From assembly GCF_009914755.1 (NCBI RefSeq), contig NC_060935.1: a DNA stretch of 64,000 nucleotides; one strand, 5' to 3'. The notes below the pieces were generated by a model. That model saw nothing but the letters and a program-made list of their open reading frames with translations, was not told the DNA's origin and did not search any database. Of this stretch, positions 56,804-64,000 are shown in pieces; positions within the stretch are counted from its first letter, which is position 1, and every line of letters starts with the position of its first letter. The stretch comes from the human T2T-CHM13v2.0 reference genome, Homo sapiens. The translations under genes were made by a program, and so were the position numbers.

Positions 56804-57992
56804 CACATTCATCCATTCATCTGTTATCCATTCATCTGCTGTTGGACACTTAGGTTGACTTCATATCTTGGCTATTGTGAATAGTGCTGCAATAGACATG
56901 GGAGTGCAGATATCTCTTAGACATACTGATTTCATTTCCTTTGGATATACACCCAGTAGTGGAATTGCTGGATTGTATGGTAGTCCTATTTTTAGTTCTT
57001 TCAGGAACCTCCATACTGTTTTCCATAATGGTTGTACTAATTTGCATTCCCTCCAACAGTGTGTAATTGTTCCCTTTTCTCCACATTCTTGTCAACACTT
57101 GTTATCTTTTGTCTTTTTGCTAATAGTAGCCTTCTGACTGGAGCGGAGTGATATCTATTTGTGATTTCCATCTGCATTTTCCTGATGACTAGTGATGTTG
57201 AGCATTTTTTCAAATACTTGTCAGTCATTTGTAGGTTTTCTTTTGATAAATGTCTGTTAAGATCTTTTGCCCACTTTAAAATTGTATTTATTTATTTATT
57301 TATTTATTTTTTGCTATTGAGTGGTTTGAGTTCCTTACATATTCTGGATGTTAACTTTTTGTCAGATGAGTAGTTTGCAAATATATTCTCTCATTCTACA
57401 GGTTGTCTCTTCACTTTGTTGATTGTTTCCTTTGTGATGTAGAAGTGTTTTAGTTTGACCTAATCCTATTTGACTATTTTTTGCTTTTGTTGCCTGTACT
57501 TTTGAGGTCTTATTAAAAAAATGCTTGCCCAGTCCAGTGTCATAAAGTGTTTCCCCTATGGTTTCTTCTAGTAATTTCATAGTTTTGCATCTTATGTTTA
57601 AATCTTTAACCCATTTTGAGTTGATTTTTGTATATGGTGAGAGAAAGTGGTCTAGTTTCATTCTTCTGCATATGGATGTCCAGTTTTCCCAGCACCATTT
57701 ATTCAAAAGACTGTCCTTTCCCACTGTGTGTTGTTGGCAACTTTGCCAAATGTAGTTGGCTGTTAAGTGTGTGAATTTATTTCTGGGCTCTGTTCTGTTC
57801 TTTGGTCTATGTGTCTGTTTTTATGTCAACACCACGCTGTTTTGGTTATTAGTGCATTTTTAAGTCAGGTAGTGTGATGCCTCCAGCTTTGTCTATTTGT
57901 CATTTTTTATAGTTCCATACACATTTTGGGATTTGTTTTTCTATTTCTGGGAAGAATGTTATTGGTATTTCAAAAAGAATTGCATTGAATCG

Positions 57993-58314
57993 GGCTGGGC
58001 ATGGTGGCTCACACTTGTAATCCCAGCACTTTGAGAGGCCAAGGTGGGCAGATCACCTGAGGTCAGGGGTTTAAGACCAGCCTGGCCAACATGGCGAAAC
58101 CCCGTCTCTACTAAAAATACAAAATTTAGCTGGGCATGGTGGCACATGCCTGTAATCCCAGCTACTCAGGAGGCTGAGGCATGAGAATCACTTGAACCTG
58201 GGAGGCAGAAGTTGCAGTGAACCAAGACTGTTCCACTGTACTCCAGTACTTCAGTCTGGGCAACAGAGTGAGTCTCTGTTCTGCTTCCCTCCCCCAACCC
58301 ACACCTGCCCCACC

Positions 58315-58338
<24 letters not shown>
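57993..58338 (+). mobile_element. AluS with a C-rich segment before the poly(A)
   Basis: TSD aaaaagaattgcattgaat. Confidence 0.9.
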
Positions 58339-58345
<7 letters not shown>

Positions 58346-59580
58346 ATTGCATTGAATTTGTAAATTGTTTTGGGTAGTATGAACATTTTGAAAATAGTAA
58401 TTCTTCCAGTTCATTAATGCAGGATACCTTTCCATTTATCTGTGTCCTCTTCAATTTTTTTCATCAATGTCTTATAATATTCAGTGTAGAGATCTCTCAC
58501 CTCTTTGGTTAAATTTATTCCTAGGTACCTTATTATCTGTGTGGCTATTAAAAATGGGATTGTTTTCTTGGCTTATTTTTCAGGTAGTTTACTATCAGCA
58601 TAAGAAACACTACTGATTTTTATATGTTCGTATCCTGCAACTATACTGAATTCATTTGTTAGTTCTAACAGTTCTTTGGTAAAGTCTTTAGGGTCTTATA
58701 TACATGAGATCATGTCATCTGCAAACAAGGGCAATTTGACTTTCTCCTTTCCAATTTGGATGCCTTTTATTTCTTTCTTTTGTCCAATTGCTCTGGCTAG
58801 GAGTTCTAGTACTATGTTGAATAGAAGTGGTATTCTTGTTTAGTTCCAGATCTTAGAGAAAAAGCTTTCAACTTTTCCCCATTCAATTTGATGTTAACTG
58901 TGGGTTTGTCATATATGGCCTTTATTGTTTTGAGGTATGTTTCTTCTGTACTCAGTTTGCTGAGATTTTTATCATGAAGGGATGCTGAATTTCATCAAAT
59001 GCTTTTTCTGCATCTATTGAAATGATCATATGGTTTTTGTCCTTCTTTCTGCTAATGTGATGTATCACATTTATTGATTTGCCTATATTGAACCATTCTT
59101 GCATCCCTGGGATGAATCCCACGTACATAGTGAATGACCTTTTAAATGTGCTGTTAAATTCAGTTTGCTAGTATTATGTTGAGGATTTTTGCATCTATGT
59201 TAATCAGGAATAGTGGCCTATAGTTTTTTTTTTGTTGTTTTGTTTTGTTTTTTGTTTTTTCCTTGTCTGGTTTTGGTGTCAGGGCAATGCTGGCTTCATA
59301 GAATGAGTTTGAAAATATTTCTTTCTTTCCAATTTTCTGGAATAGTTTGAGAATAATTGGTATTAGTTCTCTATATGTTTGGTAGATTTTAGTAGTACAG
59401 CTATCAGGTTCTGAGTTTTTCTTTAATAGGAGACTTTTTATTACTGATTCAATTTTCTCACTTGTTATTGGTCTGTTCAGATTTTCTATTTCTTTATAAT
59501 TCAATTTTGGTAGATTGTGTGTGTCCAGGAATTTATTCCCATTTTTTCCAATTTGTTAGCATATAATTGTTTATAATAGT

Positions 59581-59934
59581 TGATATAGTTTGACCATGTC
59601 CCCACTCAAATCTCACCTTGATTTCCTACGTGTTGTGGGAGGGACCTGGTGGGAAGTAACTGAATCATGGGGCAAGTCTTTCCCATGCTGTTCTCATGAT
59701 AGTGAATAAGTCTCATGAGATATGATGGTTTTAAAAAGGGGAATTCCCCTGCACAAGTTCTTTCTCTTTGCCTGCTGCTACCATGTAATACGTGACTTGC
59801 TCCTCCTTGCCTTCTGCCATGACTGTGAGGCTTCCCCAGACACATGGAACTGTAAGTTCAATTAAACCTCTTTCTTTTGTAAATTGCCCAGTCTTAGGTG
59901 TGTGTTTATCAGCAGCATGAAACGGACTAATACA
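59581..59934 (+). mobile_element. THE1B-like solo LTR
   Basis: TG...CA termini; 5-bp TSD atagt on both sides; nested in L1MA. Confidence 0.9.
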
Positions 59935-60498
59935 ATAGTCTCATATGATTCTTTGTATTTCTATGGTATCAGTTGTGATGTTTTCTTTTTCACCTTTGAT
60001 TTCGAGTCTTCTTTCTTTTTTACTTAGTCTAGCTGAGGGTTTGTTGATTTTGTTTATATTTTCAAAAAAACCTACTCTCTGTCTCATGGATCTTTTGTAT
60101 TGTTTCTCTAGCCTCAGTTTTATTTATTTCTGTTCTGATTTTTATTATTTCTTTTTCTTCTATCAATTTTGAGTTTAGTTTGTTCTTTTTTTCCTAGTTA
60201 CTTGAGGTGCAATATTGGGTTGTTTACTTGAGATCTTTCTTCTTTTTTGATGTAAGCATCTATTCCTATAAACATTCCTCTCAGAACTGCTTTTGCTGTA
60301 TTCCGTAGGTTTTGGTATGTTTCCATTTTTGATTGCCTCAAAACATTTTAAATTCTCCTTTTAATTTTTTCATTGACCCATTGATTATTCAGGACTATGT
60401 TGTTTAATTTACGTGTATTTGTAAAATTTCTGAAGTTCCTCCTGTAACTCAGTTTCTTTTTTTAATAACATTGTGCTCAGAAAGGACACTTGATGTGA

Positions 60499-61173
<675 letters not shown>

Positions 61174-61663
61174 TCAAATTTCTTAAGACTTGTTTTGTGG
61201 CCTAACATATGATCTCTCCTGAAGAATGTTTTATGTGCAGTTGAGAAGAATGTGTATTATGCAGCTGTTTGATGTAATGTTTTGTAAATGTATGTTAGGT
61301 CCCTTTGGTCTAGAATGCATTTTAAATACGATGTTTCCTTGTTGATTTTCTGACTGGACGATCTGTCCTTTGCTGAAAATGGGGGCATTGAAGTCCCTCA
61401 TTATTGTTGTATTATAATCTCTCCCTTTGAATTTAACAGTATTTACTTTATGTATTTTGGTCCTCCAGTGTTGGGTGCATATATGTTTATAATTGTTATA
61501 TCCTCTTGCTGAATTGATCCCTTTATCATTATATAATGATGCTTTTTCTCTTTTTAGAGTTTTTGACTTAAAGTTCATTCTATCTGATATAAGTGGAGCT
61601 ACTCTATCTTGCTTTTTGGTTTCCATTTGCATGGAATATATTTTTCTGTGCCTTCATTTTTAG

Positions 61664-62315
<652 letters not shown>

Positions 62316-62456
62316 CGATAAATTCTTAATAAAGACTTTTCAAAAAACAAAACAAAACAAAACAAGGCTTTTAAATGAAGAACTACTGCATCCAATTGGA
62401 GTTAGCTTAAACAAGAGAAGAGTTTATCATAAGGTTTCAAATGTATCTTATGGACT

Positions 62457-63456
62457 TGTTCGTGGTTTTAAAATACGCCCACAAATTTTTTGAAAGAGAT
62501 AGAGTGTAATTCCCCTCCCCTTGAGTATGGACTGAACTTAGCAGCTCACTTGTAACAAATAGAACATGGAAGTAGTGATGATGTGTGACTTCTGAGACTC
62601 GGTCATTGTATTAGTTTGCTAGGGCTGCTGTAGCAAGGCACCGTAGACTGGGTGGCTTAAACAACAGAAATTTATTGTCGCCTTTCCTGAGGTTAGAAAT
62701 CCAAGACCAAGGTGTTGGCAGGCTTTGTTCCTTCTAAAGGCTGTGAGGGAGAATCTATTCTGTTCCTTTTTCCTAGCTTCTTGTGGTTTGCTGGCAGTTT
62801 TGGGTGTTTCTTGGCTTATAGAAGCATCACCTGGATCTCTGCCTTCATCTTAACATGATCTTGTCCCTGTATGCATGTTTATGTCTGTCTTTGTGTTCAA
62901 ACTTCCCCTTTTTATAAGGACACTAGTAATATTGGATTAGTGCCCACCATAATGACCTAATTTTAACTTGATTACCTCTTTAAAGACCTTATCTCCAAAT
63001 AAGGTCACATTCTGAGGTACTGGGGGTTAGAACTTCAATATAGATTTTTGAGAATACACAATCCAACGCATTATGGTCGTAAATGCCCTTTTGGCTTTTT
63101 CCTTACTCTCTTTCTTAGACCACCTTCTTTGAGGGAATCCAGCTGCCATGTTGCAAGAACACTCAAGCTGACCTGTGGCAAAGTCCACTTGGCAGGGAAC
63201 TGATGTATCCTGCTAACAGGCATGTGAACGAGCTACATTGAAGGTTGCTCCTCCAGCCCCGGTGGAGTCTTAGGCTGACTACAGTTGTGGTTGATAACTT
63301 GTCTGCAACCTCCTGAGAGACCCTGAGTAGAACCACTCAGCTCAGCTGCTCCCAGATTCCTGACTTGCAGAACACTGTGAGGTAATGAGTGTTTGTTGTT
63401 ATAAGCCACACTAAGTTTTGGGATAGTTTATTTTTCAGCAATAGATAACTAAAACA
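62457..63456 (+). mobile_element. MLT1F-like LTR with nested MLT1B/C-like LTR (minus strand, 62607-63075)
   Basis: MLT1 ends (cagcaatagataactaaaaca); the inner LTR is flanked by gtcat/gtcgt TSD. Confidence 0.8.
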
Positions 63457-64000
63457 GGCCCCTTGGGAAGAAGGAAGGCAGGAACCAGAGTCTGGGAAGT
63501 AGACAGAACTCCCTTCCTCTGGCCTCTCTGCCTCCCAGCTTTCTCTAGTATTTCACCCACAGGCAGAAACATGGTCACCTTGTGGCTTTAAAGTTTATGT
63601 GTTACAGTTCTAGCCACACAGAAACTTCAGTTTCTGAGTGGAATCTAAATTTCAGTGTGAAAGAATATGGGCTCCAACCTGGGTCAGCTGTAATAAGGGG
63701 ATAGGATCAGGGACAAGTGCAATTTTTGTGGGGCTTGAATGTTATACCATTTGGAAATCCTTCTTTAAGAAAACAAGATTACTCACAAAAAAATCATTTC
63801 TTGGAATGAATGAGAAGATAAATCACAACAAATTAAAAATGTTCTAAAGCCGACAAATATCAAAGACATTACAACATTTTAAAAAGGATGTAACGTTTAT
63901 ATTAGTTAACTCTGATAGTTGGAGGAGGTTTCCATAGACGATCTTCAAACTGCATTTCAGACCTTGTCTTCCCTCTACCACTGATATGCATGTAGGTGAG

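Noticed and set aside
63945-64000. Possible 35-nt exon ending TAG/GTGAG
   Set aside because: Weak acceptor, and it is cut off by the window edge.

Overview
Primate (human-like) intergenic DNA that is mostly transposon-derived: about 50 Alu elements or monomers (roughly a fifth of the window), a full-length TSD-flanked but dead L1PA6-like LINE nested in an old near-full-length L1MB, a long minus-strand L1MA, several MaLR/ERV LTRs (MST, THE1, MLT1, MER50), and MIR, L2 and MER5 relics. The only convincing cellular gene is one intronless class II olfactory receptor ORF (32640-33599, minus strand, 319 aa). It is intact but has Asp in place of the conserved Ala of the KAFSTC motif. Directly upstream and co-oriented are a two-LTR MSTB-type MaLR element and a processed NDUFA4 copy whose 82-codon ORF is still open and keeps ancestral, non-human-type residues. 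I see no evidence of a new multi-gene system. The most notable unexplained structures are: a 32-bp inverted templated insertion inside an Alu, copied from 1 kb downstream; a four-level transposon nest containing a twin-primed L1; a TSD-flanked retrocopy of non-repeat RNA; a tandem array of palindromic SOX/FOX-like units; and a small CpG-retaining promoter-like patch with a hairpin. Repeat subfamily names come from recalled consensus features, not database searches. Most short ORFs in the track are Alu, L1 or LTR artefacts.
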